Below are positions 17,683 to 27,642 of a stretch of 61,073 bases of DNA, piece by piece (within the stretch, counting starts at the first letter, position 1; every line of letters begins with the position of its first letter). The position numbers and the translations under genes were made by a program. The notes beneath the pieces were generated by a model. That model had not been told where the DNA came from. It worked only from the letters and a program-made list of their open reading frames with translations, and ran no database searches. This stretch comes from Candidatus Omnitrophota bacterium. Its GTDB lineage: Bacteria; Omnitrophota; Gorgyraeia; Zapsychrales; Fredricksoniimonadaceae. The stretch is taken from contig PEAR01000001.1 of NCBI GenBank assembly GCA_002753745.1, forward strand, positions 1 to 61,073. Reading direction: 5' to 3'.

Positions 17683-18489
17683 TCACTTTCCAGCATAGCC
17701 CAACGCTGAAAGCCTCTCTTCCAGCATATCCCCATCCAATTGCTCGCCATTTCTGATCAACTGCCTGAAATGCAAAATAACGTCATCAAGTTTTTTGATC
17801 TCTTCGGCAACCACCAATTCCTCTTTGTTAGAATGGACGATTCCAACCATCGCACCATTTTTCATCACAACCCGAAAATCCGATAATAATGCGATACGGG
17901 GATCATGGGTGACGAAAATGAAGATCTTGTCGTATTTCTTCAGTAATTCCAACGCCTTGGTGCGGTGAATCCCCGCATTCTCGATCTCATCAAGCAGAAT
18001 GATCGGTGAATTGCCAATAATAACTGCATCCGCGATCAAAAGTGCGCGGGTCTGCCCACCAGACAGGTCTGTCATCCCGTTTGCAGGGTTGATCGGCTCG
18101 CCGGTCAACTGATTGGCAAAATCAAGCGTTTCCTCAATAACAGCCGCAGCATTGCCCCTCTGGCGTATCCCGGCGTGAATTTCAAGGAATTCATTAACAG
18201 GCAGATCTGAAAGAAAATTCGTATGCTGAGTAATAAACGCGATCGGATTCTTGGACGGGTCTGTCATGAACTCATCAGGGGCAACAGCTCCGTTGATCAG
18301 TACCCGACGGTTTGTAGGCGTGTTTTTATTAGCAAAAAGGGCGATATCATCGATCAGGGTCGTTTTCCCTGAACCCGTCGGCCCCACGATACTGATCACA
18401 TCACCCATCTTTAGAGAAATATCTTCCACTAAATCAGGCTGATTGTTTTTTCCGACGCCGCCAAGGATCCTCAATTCATCAATATGCAT
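17683..18489 (-). CDS. soluble ABC-type ATPase with no adjacent permease
   Basis: GPTGSGKTTL Walker A, LSGGQ signature, ILLDEIE Walker B, VTHD H-loop. Confidence 0.8.
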   Translation of the reverse strand: MHIDELRILGGVGKNNQPDLVEDISLKMGDVISIVGPTGSGKTTLIDDIALFANKNTPTNRRVLINGAVAPDEFMTDPSKNPIAFITQHTNFLSDLPVNEFLEIHAGIRQRGNAAAVIEETLDFANQLTGEPINPANGMTDLSGGQTRALLIADAVIIGNSPIILLDEIENAGIHRTKALELLKKYDKIFIFVTHDPRIALLSDFRVVMKNGAMVGIVHSNKEELVVAEEIKKLDDVILHFRQLIRNGEQLDGDMLEERLSALGYAGK

Positions 18490-18599
18490 TTGGCTTCCTT
18501 TCTAATTGTTATGGTATCCATTTCGTTTCCTACTAAAATGGTAGATTACTTTGTTATCCTATGGGATTAGTCATATAACATACCAAAAAAATATACCCA

Positions 18600-19001
18600 C
18601 TAAACCAGATCCGCCAACGTTGTATTCTCAAGCTTCTTGGATACATAATCCCTGATCTCCTTAAATACCCGGATCAAACTCTTCTCCTTCTCTATTGGAG
18701 TATGTTCAAAGAAATATACGCTGACCGACTCTGTTGGCGCAAGAGCGCCGTCAAACAAACGCACCACCTCTGCCAGACTGATCTTGTCAGCCGACTTCCC
18801 CAGCGCATATCCCCCGTGCTGACCTTTAGAACTTTTCAGATATCGGGCTCTTTTGAGAGTAAGCAGAATTTGCTCAAGAAACTTTGGGGGAATGGCTTGC
18901 GCCTTGGCAATTGTATCAACCGAAACAAGGACGTCTGCTTCCTGACGGGCAAGATAAAGAAGAGCTAGCAATGCATATTCGCTGCGTGATGTGAGCTTCA
19001 T
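18600..19001 (-). CDS. Rrf2-family regulator lacking the Cys cluster (CymR-like)
   Basis: SRSEYALLALLYLAR...IPPKFLEQILLTLKRARYLKSSKGQHGGYAL. No Cys ligands. Confidence 0.9.
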   Translation of the reverse strand: MKLTSRSEYALLALLYLARQEADVLVSVDTIAKAQAIPPKFLEQILLTLKRARYLKSSKGQHGGYALGKSADKISLAEVVRLFDGALAPTESVSVYFFEHTPIEKEKSLIRVFKEIRDYVSKKLENTTLADLV

Positions 19002-19026
19002 TTATCAATCTCCAAATATGACAAAA

Positions 19027-19055
19027 AATATAGGATAACTCACATTAAATGTCAA
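19027..19055 (-). promoter_or_regulatory. sigma70-like promoter of the Cys-less Rrf2 gene
   Basis: Minus strand: TTGACA (19050-19055), 17 nt spacer, TATATT (19027-19032). The spacer contains GTTATCC. SD GGAG precedes the ATG. Confidence 0.6.
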
Positions 19056-19105
19056 GGAAATAAAATATTAATAACTGAAAATTCTGCCCAATCGACGATG
19101 GAATA

Positions 19106-19918
19106 TCACTCGATAGGGATAACAGCACCCTTATATCGCTCTTTTATAAACTGCATAATTTGATCAGAATGTAAGACCGTCAGCAGTTCCTTAATCTCCG
19201 GGCGATCCTCATCGCCCTTGCGCACAGCCACAAGATTGGCATACGTTTTAGCGGCGATCGATGTCGATGATTCGGATGCCAAAGCATCTGTCAGCGGAGA
19301 GAGCCCGGCGTCAATGGCATAATTGCCATTGATGACTGCGGCCGATACACTGCCCAGTACTCGTGGCAATTGCGCGGCCTCGATCTCAACAAGCTCAATC
19401 TTGACACTGTAACTTGCTATATCCTTTATCGACGCGTTCAAGTCACCAGGACTTTTTAATTTTATGATCCCGTTATCCTGCAAAAGAATTAATGCTCTCG
19501 CCTCGTTAGACACATCATTAGGAATAGCAACTTTTTCTCCTGCTTGTAATTCCTTCAAATCCTTAATTTTCTTTGAATATATTGCCAACGGCTCATAGTG
19601 GACGGTCCCAGCCGATACGAGCTGCGATTTATTAGCATTATTGAAATCCTCTAAATAAGGAAGATGCTGAAAATAATTAGCATCAAGACTTTTGTCGTTT
19701 AGCGCCAGATTCGGTGTCATATAGTCGGTAAACACCTTGATCTGAAGATTAACTCCCTTTGCCGCCAACAGCACCTTTGCCTTTTCAAGTATCTCGGCAT
19801 GCGGAACCGGTGTTGCACCGATAACCAGAACTAAGTCCTTGGACTGGGCATGGGAAATCACCCCAAAAACAATGGCCACGATCAAAACGGCAACACTCAA
19901 TATTCTTTTCCGATTCAT
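19106..19918 (-). CDS. metQ: methionine ABC transporter substrate-binding protein (MetQ/NlpA family)
   Basis: Signal peptide MNRKRILSVAVLIVAIVFGVISHA with no lipobox Cys. NlpA-family body. Start set at ATG 19918, which removes the overlap with metI. Confidence 0.85.
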   Translation of the reverse strand: MNRKRILSVAVLIVAIVFGVISHAQSKDLVLVIGATPVPHAEILEKAKVLLAAKGVNLQIKVFTDYMTPNLALNDKSLDANYFQHLPYLEDFNNANKSQLVSAGTVHYEPLAIYSKKIKDLKELQAGEKVAIPNDVSNEARALILLQDNGIIKLKSPGDLNASIKDIASYSVKIELVEIEAAQLPRVLGSVSAAVINGNYAIDAGLSPLTDALASESSTSIAAKTYANLVAVRKGDEDRPEIKELLTVLHSDQIMQFIKERYKGAVIPIE

Positions 19919-19934
19919 AACACCCCCGCCTTCA

Positions 19935-20600
19935 TTATTTCTTATCTGCATCCCGCGCGATCTTGTCGCCAATAATCTGTATGACCTGAACAATAATGAT
20001 CAGCACCACGACCGTAACAAGCATGACATCTGTCCGATACCGGTAATAACCGAAACGGATCGCCAGATCTCCAACCCCGCCGCCGCCCACGATCCCGGCC
20101 ATAGCAGAATAGCCAACCAAGCTGATCGCCGTAACCGTAACACCGCGAACAAGGCCGGGAAATGCCTCCGGCAACAGAACCTCCTTAATAATCTGGAAAG
20201 GGCTTGCGCCAAACGCTGTAGCCGCCTCGATCACGCCGCGATCAACTTCGCACAATGATGCCTGCACAAGCCGCGCGTAGAACACAATCGCCGCGACGGT
20301 AAGCGACACTGACGCGGCAACAGGGCCGATCGTCGTTCCTGTCAACCTCTGTGTCAACGGCAACAATAACACCAGCAAAATAACAAACGGCGTCGAACGG
20401 ATAACATTGATCAAGAAACCACTTATATTATGCAAAAGACGGTTTTCCCAAAACAGACCCCGATCAGAAGCAAACAAGAGAAGTCCAAGAACAAACCCCG
20501 CATCGATCGACAACACCAGCGAAATTCCCAGCATCTGAAATGTTTCCCAAAACGCTTTCAGAAAATCAGGCCAAAGAGATAACAAATATTGATTACCCAT
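19935..20600 (-). CDS. metI: methionine ABC transporter permease
   Basis: About 5 TM segments, EAA-like loop (EAATAFGASPFQI). Lies between metN and metQ. Confidence 0.9.
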   Translation of the reverse strand: MGNQYLLSLWPDFLKAFWETFQMLGISLVLSIDAGFVLGLLLFASDRGLFWENRLLHNISGFLINVIRSTPFVILLVLLLPLTQRLTGTTIGPVAASVSLTVAAIVFYARLVQASLCEVDRGVIEAATAFGASPFQIIKEVLLPEAFPGLVRGVTVTAISLVGYSAMAGIVGGGGVGDLAIRFGYYRYRTDVMLVTVVVLIIIVQVIQIIGDKIARDADKK

Positions 20601-21600
20601 GAATGACCTCCACTGAGGCTGTTCGTGTTCTCAAGTATTCGATCGTCTGACCGACTCCCTGCTCATTCCCGGTAATATTCAGGATCAGGACACCCAACGG
20701 CTGATCATTGATGTACTCGATCTTCCCGTGCAACACATTGATGCCCACCCCGAATTCCCGAATCGCGTCAGATAAAACCGGCTCTTCAGCCTTGATCCCT
20801 TTATAAACAGCTTTGACCAAAGCCCCCTTCGCGCTACCCAAAACTCTTTCTGGCAGCTCAAGATCAAGAGAATGCGCCACCAATGACTGCGTCAAAGAAT
20901 GCTGTGGCGAGGCAAAGATGTTATACACATTCCCCTCTTCAACAACAACGCCTTCAGACATCACAGCAACCCTCGTACACACCTTCTTGATCACACTCAT
21001 CTCATGTGAAATAAGGAGCATCGTTATACCCAACTTACGATGAATACCCTTAAGCAGGTCCAGGATCGCGTTGGTCGTTTCCAAATCAAGCGCGGAAGCC
21101 GGTTCGTCGCATAACAGGATCCGCGGATCATTGGCAAGCGCACGCGCTATGCCCACCCGCTGCTTCTGCCCGCCGGAGAGTTTTGAAGGATAGGCATATA
21201 TTTTGTCCAACAGCCCGACAAGCTCCAAAAGATAAAGCACTCTTTTTGCTATTTCCGTTTGCGGCTTCCCGGCAATCCTCATCGGAAACGCCACGTTATC
21301 AAAAACGGTCTTAGTGTGGATCAGATTAAACTGCTGAAAGATCATCCCGATCTTCTGACGAACCCGCCGAAGATCAATCCCTGAATAACACGTAATATCC
21401 ACCGAATCGATAACAACACGGCCGAAAGTCGGCTTTTGCAAAAGATTGATCGTCCGCAAGAGCGTGCTCTTCCCGGCACCACTGGTCCCGACAATGCCGA
21501 AAACATCCCCCTCACGAATAGAAAGACTGACGCCATTGACGGCCCTGAGCAGCCGCTGGGTTCCATGAAATTCAACAGACACATTATCAATCGTTACCAT
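20593..21600 (-). CDS. metN: methionine ABC transporter ATPase with C-terminal NIL domain
   Basis: GTSGAGKSTL, LSGGQKQRVGIARAL, LLCDEPASALD, and a C-terminal NIL-like region. Confidence 0.9.
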   Translation of the reverse strand: MVTIDNVSVEFHGTQRLLRAVNGVSLSIREGDVFGIVGTSGAGKSTLLRTINLLQKPTFGRVVIDSVDITCYSGIDLRRVRQKIGMIFQQFNLIHTKTVFDNVAFPMRIAGKPQTEIAKRVLYLLELVGLLDKIYAYPSKLSGGQKQRVGIARALANDPRILLCDEPASALDLETTNAILDLLKGIHRKLGITMLLISHEMSVIKKVCTRVAVMSEGVVVEEGNVYNIFASPQHSLTQSLVAHSLDLELPERVLGSAKGALVKAVYKGIKAEEPVLSDAIREFGVGINVLHGKIEYINDQPLGVLILNITGNEQGVGQTIEYLRTRTASVEVIHG

Positions 21601-21601
21601 G

Positions 21602-22846
21602 TCAAAATAAACTCGCCGTAGAGAACCTGTTCAAGATTAATTGTTTATACCCATAATATAGAGCCATCAGGCCAATGACTATCAGTGCAATTCTGGAGGT
21701 AAAATAAATCAACATCCCCAGGAATAATGCCCCAAGCAATAAGCCGCCGATCCTGACAAAGCAATTTTTCGTCATCACGATTCCCGCCGCAACACCTATC
21801 AGAACATTGACAAGAAAGAACCCGTTTGCAAAAGCGATCAGCTTTTCTATATTAAAATATCCGAAATTCACAAACGTCAGCATGATCAAATGAAGGAGCC
21901 CGATCACCAAAACGGCAAATACAGGCGCGTTTTGCTTAGATCTTCGTGATATAAATTCCGGCAGAACCTTTTCGTCCGCAAGACCTGCCATCATCCGGGT
22001 TGTTCCGCCAACAAAGAACAGATATGTAGAACTGCACAACAAGACAGTCAGAATCGCCATCACCCAATGACTTGCTCCTCTAAATACTGGGAAGATAATG
22101 GTGGTTATCGTAACATCCCCATGCGACACCCTCCCGACGCCTCCCCACTGGATCGCCGCTGCGATCACCAGATCAATAATGACAATAATGACCGTGCTTA
22201 ATACGATCGACCGTGTAATGGTTTTTCGGGGTTCCCTTACCTCCGCGCTGTAATTGCCAATAATTTCCCAGCCAAAGAGGGTCCAGAACAATAACAAAAG
22301 CGCATAACCAAATTGATACGGTTCAAACTTACTCTCAATGATGAACGGCCGGTGTCCTGAAATTAATGTCACAATCCCTCCCAATAACAGGACCGCAGCC
22401 GACAGCAATGACATTATTGAAACCAGTTTCCCAAGGAAGGTCAGCTTCTTTAACAAAAAGAACAGGCAAACCGCCAAAAGAGAATACTCAATCACCGGTT
22501 TCGTTGCAAAACCCAACTTCACCACATACTGAGCCGCCGTCATCAAGACAGCCACCGGGCCAAACATAACGCCAATGACCAGGTAAAACGAAGCCAGTTG
22601 TTTTATGTACTTGCCAAAAACATTTTCGATCGCGTTAGTAACTCCGCCATCTCCCGGGAATTGAATAGATAAAAAGCCAAATATCAAAGCAAAAAGAGCA
22701 CCAATGGCTATTATTGCCAGCCACGCAATAATAGACCACTCCTTGATAAGGCCATAAACGATCGGAGGCAATATCAAAATGCCTGATCCCAGGATCGGCC
22801 CGACTGTCAAGCCGGTCAATGTTAACGCGCCAATTTCCTTCTTCAT
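21602..22846 (-). CDS. APC-superfamily transporter
   Basis: 414 aa polytopic membrane protein with an N-terminal GPILGSGILILP motif. Confidence 0.7.
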   Translation of the reverse strand: MKKEIGALTLTGLTVGPILGSGILILPPIVYGLIKEWSIIAWLAIIAIGALFALIFGFLSIQFPGDGGVTNAIENVFGKYIKQLASFYLVIGVMFGPVAVLMTAAQYVVKLGFATKPVIEYSLLAVCLFFLLKKLTFLGKLVSIMSLLSAAVLLLGGIVTLISGHRPFIIESKFEPYQFGYALLLLFWTLFGWEIIGNYSAEVREPRKTITRSIVLSTVIIVIIDLVIAAAIQWGGVGRVSHGDVTITTIIFPVFRGASHWVMAILTVLLCSSTYLFFVGGTTRMMAGLADEKVLPEFISRRSKQNAPVFAVLVIGLLHLIMLTFVNFGYFNIEKLIAFANGFFLVNVLIGVAAGIVMTKNCFVRIGGLLLGALFLGMLIYFTSRIALIVIGLMALYYGYKQLILNRFSTASLF

Positions 22847-22855
22847 TTCATCGTC

Positions 22856-23653
22856 TCAAAAGTCACACTCAAACAGATCCGATTTTGGCAGATCAATAAT
22901 TAAAGGACGCTCTCCGCAGACAGGACAATCAGGATTCCTTTGAAAATTTACCGTCCGAAAGGTCATCCCCTGGGCATCAAACCTGAGAAGCCGGTTAACC
23001 AAGAGATCTCCGGTTCCAATAATATAGCGCAACGCCTCTGTTGCCTGGATCGCGCCTAGAATGCCAACAACAGCCCCAAAGACACCCATCTCGGCACATG
23101 TTGGCATTGCCCCGACAGGTGGCGGCGTGTCAAAAATACAGCGAAAACATGTAGCCCCAGGCACATAGGTCAACGTTTGGCTTTCAAATGCCATCACGCC
23201 ACCATGTGAAAACGGCTTCTTGCCCAACACACAAGCATCATTGATCAGAAACTTGGCTACAAAATTATCCGTCCCATCAATAACAAAATCATAATCCCTG
23301 ATGATATCCGCAATGTTGGCTCCTTCCACCCATGTATCATGCGTCACAACCTTGACTTCAGGATTGATCGCCGTGATCCTGTCTCTTGCACTAGCCGTCT
23401 TCAATCGGTCAATATCAGCCGTTGAATGAATGACCTGACGTTGCAAATTTGAAACATCGACCTTATCGCCATCAGCAAGACCGATCGTGCCGACCCCGGC
23501 AGCCGCCAGATACAATGCTGCTGGTGACCCTATCCCGCCAATCCCAATGATCAAAACCTTTGAAGCGCAAATCTTCTCCTGCCCATGAACACCAACGTCC
23601 TTCATGATCGTATGACGCTTATATCTCTGCCGCTGTTCCTCGGTCAACCCCAT
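22856..23653 (-). CDS. ThiF/MoeB/HesA-family E1-like adenylyltransferase
   Basis: RYKRH, GIGGIGSPAALYLAAAGVG nucleotide-binding loop, D.V..SNLQRQ, two CxxC pairs (CFRC, CPVC). Confidence 0.9.
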   Translation of the reverse strand: MGLTEEQRQRYKRHTIMKDVGVHGQEKICASKVLIIGIGGIGSPAALYLAAAGVGTIGLADGDKVDVSNLQRQVIHSTADIDRLKTASARDRITAINPEVKVVTHDTWVEGANIADIIRDYDFVIDGTDNFVAKFLINDACVLGKKPFSHGGVMAFESQTLTYVPGATCFRCIFDTPPPVGAMPTCAEMGVFGAVVGILGAIQATEALRYIIGTGDLLVNRLLRFDAQGMTFRTVNFQRNPDCPVCGERPLIIDLPKSDLFECDF

Positions 23654-23664
23654 GCACCTTCACC

Positions 23665-24669
23665 TTATATCCTGAGCAAATTCAAATCATTTTCTGATAA
23701 CGGAAAAGATGGGATCACCTCTACATTGGCCTCGCCGACCACCGCATGAGAAATATCCGCGCTCAAACGAGCATTCAGATCCGAATACCAGCAAACCGTC
23801 CTGGCGGCAAATTCAATATGTTCCAACGAAAGAACCCCACGGCCAAGAGCTACCGGCCCCGGAATATCAATCGTCTTAAATATATGCTCGCCTGGCTTGG
23901 CAACACGTAAAAGATAATTATTCTCCTGCTCATTACGCCCAACAACCAGCTTGGCCTGCCTTGATAAACGGAAATGCCGTCCAACCTTAAGGATTTCGAT
24001 ATTAGGCATATCAAAAGGACCGTAAACTTTCAGATCTTTGACCCGTTTCGCAAAACCGGGATCAGTCAAAAGACAACCACCAGCTGCACAAGGATAGTCG
24101 TTAAGACCCAATTCCTTGGCCAGCATCACCTGAGGCTTGCGTGAACGCCCCGACATACTTAATAAATGATCGCGGTTGATCCACCCCTTCTCTTCAGGAA
24201 TGCTGGGAGGCAAAAGCTTGGCCGACAAAGGCCGCACAACCATCCCCTCCAGCCCGGATTCTTTCTCGATCAGTGTTAATTGACGCTTAAGCTGGCTCAT
24301 CGGACGCTGCCCAACAACCTCACCGGTAATAATAAATGAGGCTCCAATCTCCTCCATGATCTCCTTGGCCTTCCTGAAGAACAAGATGCGGCAGTCCTGA
24401 CACGGATTCATATTCGCCCCGTATCCATGCTTCGGATGCTGAAGGATCTTCAGGAAATCCTCACCGGCATTGATCACACGGCACTTGATACCAAGCCGAC
24501 TGGCCACAGTCAAAGCGGTATGGGCACACCCATGCACGCCCTTCTTGTCACACTGACAGAAGGGTGTCTTGTAATTGACGGCCAAAAGCTCGATTCCCTC
24601 TTTGACCATCATTTCGCCAACAAGCGTACTGTCGAGTCCGCCGGAAAGCAATAAAACTGCTTTCATCAT
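23665..24669 (-). CDS. PP-loop ATP pyrophosphatase, ThiI-like sulfurtransferase lacking a THUMP domain
   Basis: SGGLDS PP-loop, NPCQDCRILFF, ITGEVVGQRPMSQ, VVRPL. Confidence 0.6.
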   Translation of the reverse strand: MMKAVLLLSGGLDSTLVGEMMVKEGIELLAVNYKTPFCQCDKKGVHGCAHTALTVASRLGIKCRVINAGEDFLKILQHPKHGYGANMNPCQDCRILFFRKAKEIMEEIGASFIITGEVVGQRPMSQLKRQLTLIEKESGLEGMVVRPLSAKLLPPSIPEEKGWINRDHLLSMSGRSRKPQVMLAKELGLNDYPCAAGGCLLTDPGFAKRVKDLKVYGPFDMPNIEILKVGRHFRLSRQAKLVVGRNEQENNYLLRVAKPGEHIFKTIDIPGPVALGRGVLSLEHIEFAARTVCWYSDLNARLSADISHAVVGEANVEVIPSFPLSENDLNLLRI

Positions 24670-25754
24670 GCCAACGCCTCGAAAGCAGCCCAGTCAAATC
24701 GGGAGATTGGGTGGGCACGGAGGACAATCTTGATCAGATCTACAATACGATTTGAATAACCCCATTCATTGTCATACCAGAAGACAAGACGAAACAATTG
24801 CTTCTCCCCCTCAACATTGCTTTGTAATGTCGCCGAAGAATCGAAGATAGACGAATGACTGTCATGAACAAAATCGGTCGAAACCAACTCTTCACGGGTG
24901 TACCCCAAATACCCTTTAAGATATGTCTCGGATGCGCGCCGCATCAAGTTATCAATCTCTATAACTGAAGAATTTCTCACCGAACGAAATGTCAGGTCCA
25001 CGACCGAAACATCCAGTGTTGGAATACGGAATGACAAACCTGAAACCCTGCCTCGTAATCCCGGAAAAACGTCGAGTGCTATCTTTGAAGCGCTTGTCTG
25101 TGACGGAATGATGTTAGCGGCAGCCGCGCGGCCGCTTCGCCAGTCCCTTTTTGAAAAACCATCAGTGATCTTCTGACTGGCCGTATAACTGTTGAGCGCC
25201 GTAATAATACCGGACTCGATCCCAACTCCCTCATCAATCAATACCTTGAGAGGGATAGCCAGACAGTTTGCCGTGCAGCTCGCCGCCGAGATGACGTGGT
25301 GTATTTCCTCATCGTACTCATGCTCATTAACACCCACAATAATCGTCTTTACCTCTCCCTGCGCCGGAGCCGTAATGATGACCTTCCGGGCACCAGCTTT
25401 AAGATGCCCTGCCGCCATGTCCCCATTCGTAAATAATCCGGAAGCCTCCAGAACAACCTCGACCCCAAGCTCGCGCCACGGTAATCCCGACGGATCATTA
25501 GCAGCAGGGATACATCTGATTTTCTGGCCATCAACAACCAAAGTATCAGCGCTTATTGCCGCCACCTCACAAGGAAACTTTCCATGAACGGAATCATGCT
25601 TGAGAAGATAGGCAAAATACTCCGCATCAGTCGACACATCAGCCACAGCAACGACCTCGATCTCGCGCCCCAAGACCCTCTGTTCGGCGGCCGCCCGAAG
25701 AATCAACCGGCCAATACGGCCAAATCCGTTAATCGCAACTTTTAAACCCATCAC
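24666..25754 (-). CDS. glyceraldehyde-3-phosphate dehydrogenase family protein (Gap or Epd-like)
   Basis: INGFGRIGR, SAASCTANCL active-site Cys, WYDNEWGYS. Confidence 0.8.
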   Translation of the reverse strand: MMGLKVAINGFGRIGRLILRAAAEQRVLGREIEVVAVADVSTDAEYFAYLLKHDSVHGKFPCEVAAISADTLVVDGQKIRCIPAANDPSGLPWRELGVEVVLEASGLFTNGDMAAGHLKAGARKVIITAPAQGEVKTIIVGVNEHEYDEEIHHVISAASCTANCLAIPLKVLIDEGVGIESGIITALNSYTASQKITDGFSKRDWRSGRAAAANIIPSQTSASKIALDVFPGLRGRVSGLSFRIPTLDVSVVDLTFRSVRNSSVIEIDNLMRRASETYLKGYLGYTREELVSTDFVHDSHSSIFDSSATLQSNVEGEKQLFRLVFWYDNEWGYSNRIVDLIKIVLRAHPISRFDWAAFEALA

Positions 25755-26902
25755 TACGCTCCAATCGCAGCCAAAGCGTTTTCCAGATCCTGTTTTAAAT
25801 CATCCTTATGCTCAATCCCCACCGAAATCCGCAAAAATTCATCCGTAATACCCCGACGGTACCTCTCCTCGCGCGAAATTGAGCCGTGAGACATCTTTGC
25901 CGGGTACGTTACCAGCGATTCAACTCCGCCAAGGCTCTCCCCCAGAACAAAGATCTTAAGTTCCTTTGTGAATGCCTCAACCGCCGCAATCCCGCCATGA
26001 AGCTCGATCGAAACAATGCCCCCAAACCCGCTCATCTGCTTTTTAGCCAACTCATGCTGCGGATGCGATGAAAGACCGGGGTAAATCACTTTCTTCACCT
26101 GAGGATGCCCCTCCAGAAAATGAGCCAGAAAAAGCGCATTTGCCGAATGCTCCCTCATCCGAAGAGAAAGCGTCCGCAATCCCCGGATCACCAGCCAGGA
26201 ATCCCATGGACCGGGCGTTGCTCCAGTAGCATTCTGGTAAAACTTTAACTCCTGATAAAGCTTCTCATCATTAACGACCAAAGCGCCGCCAATGATGTCG
26301 CTATGTCCGGCAATATATTTTGTCGTTGAATGAACCACTATATCCGCACCTGAAAGAAGCGGTTTTTGTAAATAAGGGCTGGCAAAAGTGTTGTCCACCG
26401 CAAGCAATACCCCGGCATCTTTGGTGATCTTGCTAAGAGCCTTCAAATCTACCAGTTTCAACAAAGGATTCGTTGGCGTTTCAACCCAGACGAGTTTTGT
26501 GTTATTGCGGATCTGCTTCTTGAAAGAAGCTGGATCATCGATCTGGGCGTATGTGGCATCAATCCCAAACTTACGAAAAACCTTCTCAAACAGCCGATAT
26601 GAACCGCCATAAAGATCATCCCCAACCACAATATGGTCTCCGCTCTGAAACAGCGTAAGAACCGCAGCGCTGGCCGCCAATCCCGAGGCATAAGCAAGAC
26701 CGAATTTCCCCTCTTCCAAAGACGCGATCGCTGTCTCCAGGGCCGTACGCGTTGGATTTCCAGTGCGCGAATATTCATACCCCCTATGAACACCGAGACC
26801 ATCCTGCTGATACGTCGATGTTTGATAAACAGGAACAATGACCGCTCCGGTCTGCGGATCCGGCTGTTGCCCGTCATGAATTGCGCGCGTTTCAAATTTC
26901 AT
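25754..26902 (-). CDS. cystathionine gamma-synthase/gamma-lyase family PLP enzyme
   Basis: YSRTGNPTRTALE, HSTTKYIAGHSDIIGG (PLP lysine), LRISVGIEH. Start set at ATG 26902 (SD GAGG, 6 nt spacing). Confidence 0.9.
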   Translation of the reverse strand: MKFETRAIHDGQQPDPQTGAVIVPVYQTSTYQQDGLGVHRGYEYSRTGNPTRTALETAIASLEEGKFGLAYASGLAASAAVLTLFQSGDHIVVGDDLYGGSYRLFEKVFRKFGIDATYAQIDDPASFKKQIRNNTKLVWVETPTNPLLKLVDLKALSKITKDAGVLLAVDNTFASPYLQKPLLSGADIVVHSTTKYIAGHSDIIGGALVVNDEKLYQELKFYQNATGATPGPWDSWLVIRGLRTLSLRMREHSANALFLAHFLEGHPQVKKVIYPGLSSHPQHELAKKQMSGFGGIVSIELHGGIAAVEAFTKELKIFVLGESLGGVESLVTYPAKMSHGSISREERYRRGITDEFLRISVGIEHKDDLKQDLENALAAIGA

Positions 26903-26922
26903 TTGCCGCCTCTTTCGTTTTA

Positions 26923-27639
26923 TCAACCCACTAAATCTTTCATTTCCCGCACTGCCCGGTCTAATCCCACAAAAACAGCCCGGGCAATAATCGAGAATCC
27001 TATGTTCAGCTCCTCAATGCCCGGGATTGAAGCAATCGCACTTACATTGTGATAATCAAGTCCGTGACCAGCGTTTACCTGAAGCCCAAGCTGTTGGGCA
27101 AGACCTGCCGCGATCTTTAACCGCTCCAATTCCTTGTTTCTTCGTTTGATATCAAAAAAAACTCGCGCATACGACCCCGTGTGCAATTCAACAACATCCG
27201 CTCCAACATCAACAGCCGTACGAACCTGAAGCTCATCCGGATCAATAAACAGGCTCGTCCGAATTCCCGCTTTCTTCAAACGCTTCACCGCAGAATAAAG
27301 TTTTGATTTCTGACGCGACACATCAATTCCACCCTCCGTCGTCAATTCCTTGCGTTTCTCCGGAACAAGACAAACGTCTTTTGGCTTGATCAAGACAGCA
27401 AACCTTAAAATGTCCGGCGAAACGGCCATCTCCAAATTCAGCTTAGTCGACAGTATCTGGCGAAGCAACCGCACATCCCTCTCCTGGATATGCCGCCGGT
27501 CTTCACGTAAATGCGCCGTTATGCTATCCGCGCCCGCCAACTCGCAAATACCAGCCGCCACAACCGGATCAGGCTGTTGCTCACGCCGAGCCTGACGAAT
27601 AGTGGCGATATGGTCTATGTTGACTCCAAGTTTTGGCAT
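26923..27639 (-). CDS. pdxJ: pyridoxine 5'-phosphate synthase
   Basis: [37 protein letters not shown]. Confidence 0.95.
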   Translation of the reverse strand: MPKLGVNIDHIATIRQARREQQPDPVVAAGICELAGADSITAHLREDRRHIQERDVRLLRQILSTKLNLEMAVSPDILRFAVLIKPKDVCLVPEKRKELTTEGGIDVSRQKSKLYSAVKRLKKAGIRTSLFIDPDELQVRTAVDVGADVVELHTGSYARVFFDIKRRNKELERLKIAAGLAQQLGLQVNAGHGLDYHNVSAIASIPGIEELNIGFSIIARAVFVGLDRAVREMKDLVG

Positions 27640-27642
27640 AAT

